Shown: positions 8,865 to 17,791 of the stretch, piece by piece
Position numbering within the stretch: the stretch's first letter is position 1
How the letters are laid out: the number at the start of each line of letters is the position of its first letter
Assembly: GCA_963771175.1 (NCBI GenBank)
Contig: CAVYSY010000045.1
Location: 64,001 to 128,000, forward strand
Origin: an uncultured delta proteobacterium
GTDB lineage: Bacteria > Myxococcota > Myxococcia > Myxococcales > Myxococcaceae
DNA length: 64,000 nucleotides
Direction: 5' to 3'
The notes under the pieces: generated by a model
Told to the model about the DNA's origin: nothing
What the model saw: the letters and a program-made list of their open reading frames with translations, nothing else
The model's database searches: none
Translations under genes and position numbers: made by a program

Positions 8865-11218
8865 CGTTCCACCCGAAGCAGGCTCGTCATCCACGACAGC
8901 CGGATATGGGACACGCCCCACGGCAGTCGCTCCAGGAGCATGTCATAGGGCCGGGACTCCAGGCGCAGCATCCACCCGCTCTCCTCGTGCCGGAGGATGC
9001 CCTTGCGCTGGAGGAAGGCCTCGCGCAGCCCCCGTGTCGAGGTGTTCTTGAGCACCGCCCACTGCGTGACCACGTGCTGGAGCAACAGCTCTCCCTCGGC
9101 GCGCTCGGTCTCGGTGGGGCCGCCGAGCCGCGGCACCACCTCTTCCAGTGGGACGCCGCACAACACCTTGCTCAGCGCCATGCGGTGCTCGTCCTCGGCG
9201 CCGTCCTCGTGGACGAGCCATTGCAGCAGGCAGACCGCTCGGCACCGTGCCGCGAAGTCGCGGAAGCCCTTCCCTTCGATGAGGCCGACGGCCTCGAAGA
9301 AGGTCCTCAGGAACGGGTGGAGGATGACGACCCCGGCGTTCTCCACCGACAGCCCGAACTTGAGGTGTGCTTCGAGCGCGGCACTCGTGAAGGTGCGTGG
9401 CGACGTGGAAGGCGAAGGATGACGGGGTGACGAAGCGCGAGCGCTGGAGCCGGGCGCCAGGGGGCCGGATCGTGCGCCGGGGGCACGCGCCTCCGTCTGC
9501 CGGGCCGTACCCACGTTCACCTGGGCAGGTGGCACGTGCCGGGGCGGCTCGGTGGCATCCGAGACTGGCGCCCGGGGCCTGGAGTGAGCAGGTGCCTCCG
9601 TGGGCGGGCCGTGATGGGAGGCAGGAGCGAGCGCTTCGCTGGTGGTCGCGGAGGGGCCCCGTGGGTCGTCTACCGGGAGTGGCTCTCCCGTGAGCTGGGC
9701 ACCGGGCACGTCCACCTGCGCTGGTGGCACACGCTGAGGTGGCTCGGTGGCCTCCACGACTGGCGCCCGGGGCGTGGCGCGAGAACGTGCCTCCTGGGTC
9801 GGGGCTCGCGGGGAGTCCGGAGCGAGCACCTCCCTGGCGGTAGGCGAAGAGCCTCGTGGGCCGTCCACCAGGAGTGGCTCTCCCGTGAGTTGGGCCCCAT
9901 CCACGTCCACCTGGGCGGGTGGCACGCGCCGGGGCGGCTCGGTGGCCTCCGCGACTGGCTCCCGAGGCGTGGCGCGAGCAGGTGCCTCCTGGCGCTGAGC
10001 TTGTGGGGAGTCCGGAGCGAGCACCACCTTGGCGGCATGTGAGGGGCTCGTCCCCAGCTCGGCGTCGTGCATGGCCCGGGGGTCCGACACGAGTGGAGGC
10101 GGCTGGTCAGCGGCCCCCGACGACAGGTCCTCCTGTCTCTCGCGTGGAGCGTCCGTCACCTCCTGGGCCGGAGACGCCTCCTTCCGGGGGCGCGGCAGGT
10201 CACCGGTCTCGACAGGCGGCCGTGGCGCCCGAGTGGGAGGCGAGGCGAGCTCGGGCGCTTGTCGGGGCTCGGGCGTGAGTGAAGCCGCCCCGGTGGCCGG
10301 CGCCGCATTTCGTGAGCCGGGCTCGGACCACGTCCGCCCGGAAGAGTCCCGTGCAGCCTCGGGAGCCCACGAGGCGGGGGCGGACGGCACATGCCGAGAC
10401 CAGGTCTCTCGCACGGTCCGTACATCGGCGCCGAGCGCCATCGCGGCTTCCACCGCGACCGCGAGCACGGTGTCCGCGTCCGGTTGGCCTCGGGGCGCGG
10501 CGAGCATCACCGGGAGCAGCAGCTCCACCAGTGCGCGACGCCACCGGGAGGCTGGCAGTTCCTGCGGGGCCACCTCCACCAGCACGGCCAGGGTGGAGTC
10601 CACTCCGGCTTCCCTGGCGAGCGTCTGGAGGAGCGTCAGGGTGGTTGGCGGCGAGAACTGTCCCAGGAGACGCCGGACGATGCGCTCCACTCCAGCATGA
10701 CCCCGGAGCCACGTCAGCACGGGCCCGGCGCGGTGTTCGAGCAGTGCCACGAACCGGGCCTCGAGCTCCGCGCCTTCCACTGTCCCCGCCCACCACGGCA
10801 CGAGCCCCGTCTCCAGGAACTCCCGCAGCAGCAGCTCGTCGGAGGTCTCCGCCGACAGCACCTCCACGTCGGTTGGCTGGGGCTCGGAGACAGGAGCAGC
10901 AGCTTCACGCCGCACCGTGCCGGAGCGCGCCGCCACATCCGGAACCGGCCCGGTTCGCCTCAGCGCTTCCTGGAGGACCTCGCGCACCCGGGTCAGCAGC
11001 GCCTGCTCCAGATTGGGCCCATGGATGACCCCGAGCTCAATCTCGAGCCGCTCCAGCCGATAGTGCACCGACCCGGGCGCCAGCTCGTCGAACACCTGCT
11101 CCAGGATGCGCGGCAGGTGCTCGCGGCACATGCGACTCACCTCGTTCTGCAGGGAGAAGGGACTTTCCCCTCCCTGCAGCTCCAACTCCACGATCTGCCG
11201 GTGGATGAGGTGGTTCAT
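8861..11218 (-). CDS. Contractile injection system tape-measure protein (Afp14-like)
   Basis: N-terminal HLIHRQIVEL...FLETGLVPWW and C-terminal NAGVVILHPFL...LKNTSTRGLREAFLQRKG motifs. Position before the ATPase gene. Confidence 0.8.
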   Translation of the reverse strand: MNHLIHRQIVELELQGGESPFSLQNEVSRMCREHLPRILEQVFDELAPGSVHYRLERLEIELGVIHGPNLEQALLTRVREVLQEALRRTGPVPDVAARSGTVRREAAAPVSEPQPTDVEVLSAETSDELLLREFLETGLVPWWAGTVEGAELEARFVALLEHRAGPVLTWLRGHAGVERIVRRLLGQFSPPTTLTLLQTLAREAGVDSTLAVLVEVAPQELPASRWRRALVELLLPVMLAAPRGQPDADTVLAVAVEAAMALGADVRTVRETWSRHVPSAPASWAPEAARDSSGRTWSEPGSRNAAPATGAASLTPEPRQAPELASPPTRAPRPPVETGDLPRPRKEASPAQEVTDAPRERQEDLSSGAADQPPPLVSDPRAMHDAELGTSPSHAAKVVLAPDSPQAQRQEAPARATPREPVAEATEPPRRVPPAQVDVDGAQLTGEPLLVDGPRGSSPTAREVLAPDSPRAPTQEARSRATPRAPVVEATEPPQRVPPAQVDVPGAQLTGEPLPVDDPRGPSATTSEALAPASHHGPPTEAPAHSRPRAPVSDATEPPRHVPPAQVNVGTARQTEARAPGARSGPLAPGSSARASSPRHPSPSTSPRTFTSAALEAHLKFGLSVENAGVVILHPFLRTFFEAVGLIEGKGFRDFAARCRAVCLLQWLVHEDGAEDEHRMALSKVLCGVPLEEVVPRLGGPTETERAEGELLLQHVVTQWAVLKNTSTRGLREAFLQRKGILRHEESGWMLRLESRPYDMLLERLPWGVSHIRLSWMTSLLRVER
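9510..10030 (-). repeat. ~2.7 copies of a 195-bp (65-aa) tandem repeat inside the tape-measure gene
   Basis: ggagtccggagcgagcacc recurs at ~9812 and ~10007. The protein repeats LAP...ATEPP..VPPAQV three times. Confidence 0.85.
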
Positions 11219-11261
11219 GGCGTGACGAGTCGGGACTCAGCGCTGTCGAGCCTTCAGGGAA

Positions 11262-14200
11262 CTACTCCGTGGGGTCCTGCGGGGTCGGGAAATCACTGAT
11301 GTTGGTGAACTTGAGGATGATGCGACCCGTGCCCCTGGCTCCCGTCACGGTGTCCTTCACCTTGTAGGTGATGGTCACGGTGTCCTCGTAGCCCGGCCGC
11401 TCGATGATGGGCGGAGTCGTCGTGCCCCCGGTGTCGATGGCGATCGTGGTGCGCACGACCTCGGTGCGCAAGCTCGTGGTGCGCAGCTCGGGAAGGCTGG
11501 GGAGGCGGTTGCGGTCATAGATCCGCGCGGGGGTGAAGTAGATGGGGCCTCGATCGGACTTCAGGGCCAACGTGCCAACGGAGGGGCTCAGCGGCTCGAT
11601 CGACTCGACGATGACGTTCGGCTTGTCCGCGAGCGGGAGCGTGATCAGCGTGGACTTCAGGTAGAGCGGGTTGACGGTCACGGTGACAGCCGGCAGCACG
11701 ATCGTCGGGAGGGTCTGCTCGAGCAGGACGATGATTTTGCCGGGGACCGTCTTCTGGCTCTCGATGTTGCGGAGCGTGTAGGTGATGTCCGCGCGCTTCG
11801 CCGTCGTGAAGCCCTCCTGCGGCTGGAAGCGGACCTCCTTGCCGCTCGCCTCCACGCTCACCACGCCGAGCGTGCTGCTCGACAGCACCGCGTTGATCAC
11901 CTGCATGCTCGCGGGCAGGGCGTCTGGCGGCTTGACGGTCAGGGGCGTCGTGGCACTGGCGGTGCGGATCGTCATGTCCGCGGGAGTCGGCAGCGGCTGG
12001 TCGTTGATCAGCGCGAGGAACACCTTGCCGAGCGCCGTCTTCTCGGAGTCCTTGGCCTGGACCAGGTACTCGAAGGAGTACTCCCGCAGGCTGAACAGGG
12101 GCACCTTGCCCTCGATGTGGATCTTCCCCGCCGCCGCATCCTCCACGCGGAGGGTCGCCAGCGTCCCTGGGTCCGTGAGGATGGCCTTGAGGACGACGTT
12201 GCCCGTGACCACCTCGGGGATGATGATCGTCTTGGTGGGCGAGGCGAAGGACAGCGTGGTCTGGAAGTCTTGGGGAGGTGGCAGCGAGTCCGGGATGCGC
12301 AGCAGCAGGGCGCCGCACGGATCTCCGCAGCGGTAGGGCAGGGCGAAGTCCGCCTTCACCAACCCTTCCTGGTACGCGACGACGAAGGTGCCTCCCCGCG
12401 GCACGCCGCCCAGGTGCTCCAGGGAGGGGTGCTCGGCGAGGAACTCGCTGAACAGCAGCCGGCGCTTCTGCTCGTCCTGGCGCAGGGTGAAGCTGGCCCT
12501 CAGGGTCTCCAGCTTCTGCGGGTGGCAGAAGGCCTGGAGCGCCTGCAGGTGCTGCAACTGCTGGATCTGCTTCGACGTCAGGGCCGTCTTGATGTCCAGG
12601 AGCTGCGTCTCCAGCGAGCTGGCCGTGCTCTTCAAGTCCTGCAGGTTGCGCTTGAGCGCCTCCATGTCCGAGCTCGACAGGTCCCCCAGGTCTCCGGGAA
12701 GCAGCGCGAGGGCCTGCCCGAGCAGCAGGGCGATGCGGGCGGGGAGGCCGATCTGCCGGATCAAGTCGACCTTGCCGGCCGCGCTCCAGGTGCCCACCAG
12801 ATCCAGCAACTCCAGCCGGTTCGGTGCCTCCTTCGGATCAGGCATGCCCAGGTAGTCCTGGATGTAGTCCTTGACTCTCTTCCCCGCGCCCGCGGTCGCG
12901 CTGAACGCCGGCTTGGTGAAGCGGGTGGTGGGCTGCGCCACGTCCTTCTTGATGTTGAGGTTCTGGGCCGTCTCCTTGTTGGGATCCACGTCCAGGAAGA
13001 TGCGGTCGCCGACGTAGTCTCCCGAGAAGGCCTGCAGCACGTAGGAGCCCTCGGGCAGGTCCAGATCGAAGTTGCCCTGCTCGTCCGCGGTGAAGATCTC
13101 CCCGGTGTCGATGACCTTGACGCGCAACCGATCCGTGAGCACGGGGACGTCGGGGGCCTTCTCGATCCTTCCCTTGATCCTGCCGCTGTTGGCGGGCGGT
13201 GGCGTGAGGCTCTCGAAGTACTGCTTCTCGCGCTCGAGCGCGCAGCGGTACTCCTCCCGCAGCTCGTCGTAGACGGCCTCCAGGTCGGCGGACCGGCAGT
13301 CCTGGTCGGTCTGCTTGCCGGCCACGGTGTTGTCGAAGGCGACAGCCAGCACCTGGAAGGGGAGCCCGTAGGTGCGCCGTCGCCCCTCCAGGAAGGCGAG
13401 CACCGTCTCCACGCGTTGCTCGAGGTGTCCCTCGATGCGGAAGAACGTCGCGCCATCATGGTCGTAGCGCAGGGGATCCAGCGCCTTGCCGAGCTCGGAG
13501 GACTCATCGGCCCAGAAGGAGGGCAGGGTGCTCTGCCAGCCATGGGAGGTGCGGGAGTAGCTCCAGTGGTCCACCAGCGACGGGGCGCCGCCGGCGAGGG
13601 AGTAGTAGTGGGGCAGCGACCTGCGCTCCAATGACGCGAGGGGCCCGGCATCCGGAGTGATGGCGATCTTCGTGCCGGACTTCCAGGAGAACTTCTCGAG
13701 CTGGAGGATGAGCCGTTGCAGCAAGCAGGCGGCCCGCTCGCGCAACTCCGTCTGGGAGCCCACCGCGGGCGAGGGCAGGAAGGGGTGGCGGTACGGGCTG
13801 CGCGGACGTGGCACCCGCGGCGGCCGGTACGTCGTGGCGAGGTTGTCCTCCAGCTCGCCCAGCAGCAGGTGCCGCGGGAAGAGCTCCTGGTCCGGGCAGC
13901 ACCGGCTGCCGATCCGCGAGGCCACCTCGGCCAGCTCCTGGTAGGCGGCCGTCAGGTCCTTCACCCAGTCGTAGATGTACTGGATGCCCTGTCCGTTCTT
14001 CAGGGACTCGCGCTGGGTCTTCAGGATGTTGGCCACCGTGCCCGAGAGGAGCGCGGTGCCCAGGGCGGGCTGGAGACGGGAGATCGTCTCCTCCAGCGCG
14101 CTGCTCAGCGACGCTTCCACCTCCTGGACACTGCTGGAGAAGGCGCTCACCACGTCCGCGTAGTCCAGCAGCCCGAAGGGGGCCACCCGGTCGCTGAAGA

Positions 14201-14795
14201 TGGGACGGGGCACCCGGAGCGTGGCGGGGGCGACGGGCGGCGTGAAGGTGGTGTCTTGCGGCAGCGCCAGCTTGTCCGCGTCCTTCTTGGCCACGAGCAG
14301 CACCCGCGGCGTGAGCTGGCGACGGCGGCCCTTCTCGTTGCAGTCGTTCTCCACACAGGAGCGCAGGTCCTTCTCCAGGACCTCCAGGAAGAGCACCGCG
14401 ACGCGCTCGCGCAGGAAGTCGGGCTCGCTCGCGATGGTCGTCACGCCCGGCGTCGGTGCCTGCGGCGTCTCCATCACCTCCCAGATGGGGAACTCGGGCT
14501 GCCTCGAGCCGGTGAAGTAGCGCGCCGGATCATCGTACGCGCGGCGGTGCGTGTACGTGACGTCGCTCTCCAGCTCGAGCAGATCTCCGGTGGTGGTGAG
14601 GCCACAGCCCTTCCCCACCACCACCCGCTCGAGCAGATCGCTGCGCAGCTCCAGGCCGCAGATGATGCCCACGCCGAGCAGGCGCGTCCTCGACTGGCGG
14701 TCCTCCCGGTCGAGGTAGGTGACGATTTCGTTCAGGTGCTCGTGGGTGAGGACCTGGTTGGCCGCGAATAGAGGGTGGGACTTGATCACGGTCAA
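11262..14795 (-). CDS. eCIS Afp13-position protein (putative fibre or baseplate-peripheral protein) with C-terminal Ig-like domains
   Basis: N-terminus HPLFAANQVLT..HLN...SRTRLLGVGIICGL, EHLGGVPRGGTFV motif, beta-rich C-terminus. Start could be TTG 14795 or GTG 14789. Confidence 0.65.
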   Translation of the reverse strand: MTVIKSHPLFAANQVLTHEHLNEIVTYLDREDRQSRTRLLGVGIICGLELRSDLLERVVVGKGCGLTTTGDLLELESDVTYTHRRAYDDPARYFTGSRQPEFPIWEVMETPQAPTPGVTTIASEPDFLRERVAVLFLEVLEKDLRSCVENDCNEKGRRRQLTPRVLLVAKKDADKLALPQDTTFTPPVAPATLRVPRPIFSDRVAPFGLLDYADVVSAFSSSVQEVEASLSSALEETISRLQPALGTALLSGTVANILKTQRESLKNGQGIQYIYDWVKDLTAAYQELAEVASRIGSRCCPDQELFPRHLLLGELEDNLATTYRPPRVPRPRSPYRHPFLPSPAVGSQTELRERAACLLQRLILQLEKFSWKSGTKIAITPDAGPLASLERRSLPHYYSLAGGAPSLVDHWSYSRTSHGWQSTLPSFWADESSELGKALDPLRYDHDGATFFRIEGHLEQRVETVLAFLEGRRRTYGLPFQVLAVAFDNTVAGKQTDQDCRSADLEAVYDELREEYRCALEREKQYFESLTPPPANSGRIKGRIEKAPDVPVLTDRLRVKVIDTGEIFTADEQGNFDLDLPEGSYVLQAFSGDYVGDRIFLDVDPNKETAQNLNIKKDVAQPTTRFTKPAFSATAGAGKRVKDYIQDYLGMPDPKEAPNRLELLDLVGTWSAAGKVDLIRQIGLPARIALLLGQALALLPGDLGDLSSSDMEALKRNLQDLKSTASSLETQLLDIKTALTSKQIQQLQHLQALQAFCHPQKLETLRASFTLRQDEQKRRLLFSEFLAEHPSLEHLGGVPRGGTFVVAYQEGLVKADFALPYRCGDPCGALLLRIPDSLPPPQDFQTTLSFASPTKTIIIPEVVTGNVVLKAILTDPGTLATLRVEDAAAGKIHIEGKVPLFSLREYSFEYLVQAKDSEKTALGKVFLALINDQPLPTPADMTIRTASATTPLTVKPPDALPASMQVINAVLSSSTLGVVSVEASGKEVRFQPQEGFTTAKRADITYTLRNIESQKTVPGKIIVLLEQTLPTIVLPAVTVTVNPLYLKSTLITLPLADKPNVIVESIEPLSPSVGTLALKSDRGPIYFTPARIYDRNRLPSLPELRTTSLRTEVVRTTIAIDTGGTTTPPIIERPGYEDTVTITYKVKDTVTGARGTGRIILKFTNISDFPTPQDPTE

Positions 14796-17791
14796 TCCCC
14801 TTCGGTTGGCAGGGTGCCGAGCTGGCTACGCCCGAGGAGCAGGGGGTTCTCCCCGAGGTCCTCCTGGCAGTCGTGCAGCGTGGCCACTGGATGGACGGAG
14901 CGCAGTGACTCCAGCGCAGCCACCAGGGCACGCTGGTACTCCAACAATTTCGTTGCATCGGGCCGGGTCTTGGCCCGCTCGCGCAGCCAGGGCTGGAAGG
15001 CCGCCTCGAATGCGCGCATCTGATCGGTGTCGACCCAACAGATTTTCAGGAAGACGTGCGCGGGCGCCTCCTGCCGTGCCGTCTGTTCGAGGAAGGTGCG
15101 GAAGGTCGGCCTGGAGAAGCGCTCCAGCCACGCGGGCAGCACCAGTGTGGCGCGGAACGTGTACGGATCCGCGTCCTCCGGGCATGGCTCGCAGTCCGGC
15201 TCGAGCGTCACCTTGAGCAGCCGGTCGTCCCTCGTCATCGGTCTCAGGAGGATGTGCTCCACCAGGTGCATGCCCTCCCGCTGACGCATGTCCTCCAGGT
15301 GCGTCACGATGTACGTGATGGCGGCCTCCGCCGCCTCTCGCGTGGCGAAGGACTCGATGCGGCGGGCGATGATCTCCCCGGAGGGGTTCACCAGGTTGAA
15401 GTAGTACTTCCCCTGGGTGTTCTGCTTGAGATCGTAGCGCTCGCGCAGCGGAGCGTACTTGTCGACCTCGGCCATCTCGGCCCGGACCGCGGCCTCGGTG
15501 GAGTAGCGGGTGCTGCTGCTGAGCAGGATCTTCCCGCTCAGGTCCACCAGGCGGAACCGGTACTCGGTGGTGTTGTCCTGATCCTGCTCCGTGTACATCT
15601 CCAGGTGGCTCGCGAGGTCGCGCCGCTCGCAGTTGCGGATGCCTAGCAGGCCACACACGCGCCGCTCCAGGCCCGACACGTTGTCGCTGTGCCAGAGGTT
15701 CGCCGCGGCGCCGGTGTCGAAGCCCTTGCCGCGCTCGGCGCTCCTGCGCGGGTAGTCGCGGAGGAAGTCGATCTTCTCCGTGAGCAGGGCCTCGTCCGTC
15801 GCCGTGCCCCGGTCCAGGGTCGCCATGACGGCCGCGTACTCGGCGAAGCGCTCGTTGAAGCGCGCCAGGAGGTGATCGAGCATCCGGTCGCGGCGCGCCG
15901 TGTACTCCGCCTCGTCCTCCGCGAGCGTGTCACGAGTGCCCTGGGTGCTGGCGAAGCCGTCCTGGAACAGCTCGGCGAACTCCGGGCGCTGGAACAGCGG
16001 CTCCGCGAAGAGGGTGCGCTTGCGCTCCGGCTCCAGCGAGAACTGATCCCGCAGGTGCGCGAGCTGCGCGAGGTAGTTGCCCAGGAGCTGGTCGAAGAAC
16101 AGCAGGTAGCCCTTGAGCTGCCGGGCCTGGGCCTTGCGCCTCGGGTCCGCGGAGTCCGGCAGGCCCTCGGGGCCAATGCCGTAGACGCGCGGCAGATCGT
16201 GCTGGATGGAGCGGAAGTCGTCCAGCGCCTGCCAGGTGCCGGTGGGGGGCTCGAGGTCGAGCGGCGTCCCCTGGGGCCGGGTGACGTCGCGCATGCCCTC
16301 CTTCTCCGCGAAGAAGGCCAGCTTGTGCCGCGTCTCCTCGGCGTTGGCGGAGAAGGGGATGCCCCGCTTGAAGAAGACGAACTTGCAGCGATCCGGCGAC
16401 AGCCGTGGCAGGGCGTTCGGCTCCAGGCGGATCGTCCACGGCTCACCCGAGGCCAGCACCCGTCCATGCTGGTCATAGGCGGCCATGGAGAACGAGCGGA
16501 CGGCCACCACGTCCTCCACCTCCAGGATTTCCCCCAGCAGGTCCGAGCCATGCACCTCCTGGCGCAGCTCGGAGGCCGCGAGCTCCTCGTCGAGCAGGAA
16601 GCCATGGTCGAGCGGAGGCCCCTCGAAGATCCGCTCCACCGGCAGGTCCTGGGAGAGCAGCTCCGCGAGGGTGTGGAAGCGCGCGGGGGGTGCCAGCAGC
16701 CGCGCCGCCACGAGGAGGATTCGAGCCTGCACGGCCTCCAGATCCGCCCCGGGGGTGACGTCCACGTCGGCGCACAGGGCGATCTCCTCGAGCCGGGCCG
16801 CCGTGGGTTCGCGGAAGTCCTCGCACAGGTTGCGGTGGGACTGGAGCGTGCGGAAGGCCCGTGCCACCACGGAGAAGGCCTTCCTCAACCGCAAGCGGTA
16901 GGCGTGCAGGGGATTGTGCGTTCCCTTCCGCTCCAGCTCGGAGAGGATGAAGCTCTGCCAGGAGGCGATGGAGCCCCGGCGGGTGGTGCGCAGCAGGACG
17001 CGGACGGGGATGTCCCGGGTGACGGTCCCGCTGCCGTTCGGCACGTACACGCGCACCAGGGTCTCCAGCGTCTGATCGTCCACGAGGTGGACGTCCCGCG
17101 TGCTCAGGGAGCTGGCCTCGGTCTCGGCCAGCCACGGGTCCTCCCAGTCGAGCATCGGCTGCTGGAGAATCTCCGGGCGCCGCCATGTGTCCCAGGGGGG
17201 CACGACGAGCTCCAGCGGGAGGGGGGCCTGCCCGGAGGGAGTGGGCTGCCAGGACCAGGTGGTGTCCCCCAGGCTGCCGAGCATGGGATCGTCGGCGAGC
17301 TCCAGCACGATGTCATACACGCCTCGCGGCACCCGGGGTTGCGCATCCGGCTGCTCGGCGGGTGGAGTGAGGACGATCTGGCTCCTCACCCGGTCGGCAT
17401 AGAAGGGGATGCAGGGCCGCGGAGCCGGGACCAGCCACGCGTTGCGCACGCCCTCCACGTCCACCAGCAGCTTGCGGTAGTCGAGCGTCGTCACCGGGTG
17501 ACAGGTGAGGATGGAGCGCGCGGAGAAGAGCGGCCCCTCACCCGGGGCGGGGCGGGGCTTGTCCGGCGCGGGCGCCAGGAGGTCCTTCATGGAGAAGCTG
17601 GACCGGTACCCCAGGTCGTTGATGGCGAAGCACAGCGTCTCGAGCAGCGTGATGCCCGGATCATGGGGGTTGTAGTTGGTCCAGAGCGAGGACCCCAGGG
17701 CCTCGATATGGGTGATGCCCTCGCGCCGGAGCGCGTCGAAGTCCAGGACGGTGGGGAGTGCGCGGTCCCTGAGAATGCCGGGTGTCTTCAC
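14792..17791 (-). CDS. eCIS baseplate protein (Afp12-like)
   Basis: WTNYNPHDPGITLLE, PVTTLDYRKLL, ARQLKGYLLFFDQ, HLVEHILLRP, EAPAH motifs. GTG start overlaps the upstream stop. Confidence 0.85.
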   Translation of the reverse strand: MKTPGILRDRALPTVLDFDALRREGITHIEALGSSLWTNYNPHDPGITLLETLCFAINDLGYRSSFSMKDLLAPAPDKPRPAPGEGPLFSARSILTCHPVTTLDYRKLLVDVEGVRNAWLVPAPRPCIPFYADRVRSQIVLTPPAEQPDAQPRVPRGVYDIVLELADDPMLGSLGDTTWSWQPTPSGQAPLPLELVVPPWDTWRRPEILQQPMLDWEDPWLAETEASSLSTRDVHLVDDQTLETLVRVYVPNGSGTVTRDIPVRVLLRTTRRGSIASWQSFILSELERKGTHNPLHAYRLRLRKAFSVVARAFRTLQSHRNLCEDFREPTAARLEEIALCADVDVTPGADLEAVQARILLVAARLLAPPARFHTLAELLSQDLPVERIFEGPPLDHGFLLDEELAASELRQEVHGSDLLGEILEVEDVVAVRSFSMAAYDQHGRVLASGEPWTIRLEPNALPRLSPDRCKFVFFKRGIPFSANAEETRHKLAFFAEKEGMRDVTRPQGTPLDLEPPTGTWQALDDFRSIQHDLPRVYGIGPEGLPDSADPRRKAQARQLKGYLLFFDQLLGNYLAQLAHLRDQFSLEPERKRTLFAEPLFQRPEFAELFQDGFASTQGTRDTLAEDEAEYTARRDRMLDHLLARFNERFAEYAAVMATLDRGTATDEALLTEKIDFLRDYPRRSAERGKGFDTGAAANLWHSDNVSGLERRVCGLLGIRNCERRDLASHLEMYTEQDQDNTTEYRFRLVDLSGKILLSSSTRYSTEAAVRAEMAEVDKYAPLRERYDLKQNTQGKYYFNLVNPSGEIIARRIESFATREAAEAAITYIVTHLEDMRQREGMHLVEHILLRPMTRDDRLLKVTLEPDCEPCPEDADPYTFRATLVLPAWLERFSRPTFRTFLEQTARQEAPAHVFLKICWVDTDQMRAFEAAFQPWLRERAKTRPDATKLLEYQRALVAALESLRSVHPVATLHDCQEDLGENPLLLGRSQLGTLPTEGD

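Noticed and set aside
4422..8948. 1508-aa plus-strand ORF, and similar long ORFs at 2574, 15689, 19512, 22657 and 25579
   Set aside because: Antisense shadows of real minus-strand genes in high-GC DNA; no recognisable motifs.
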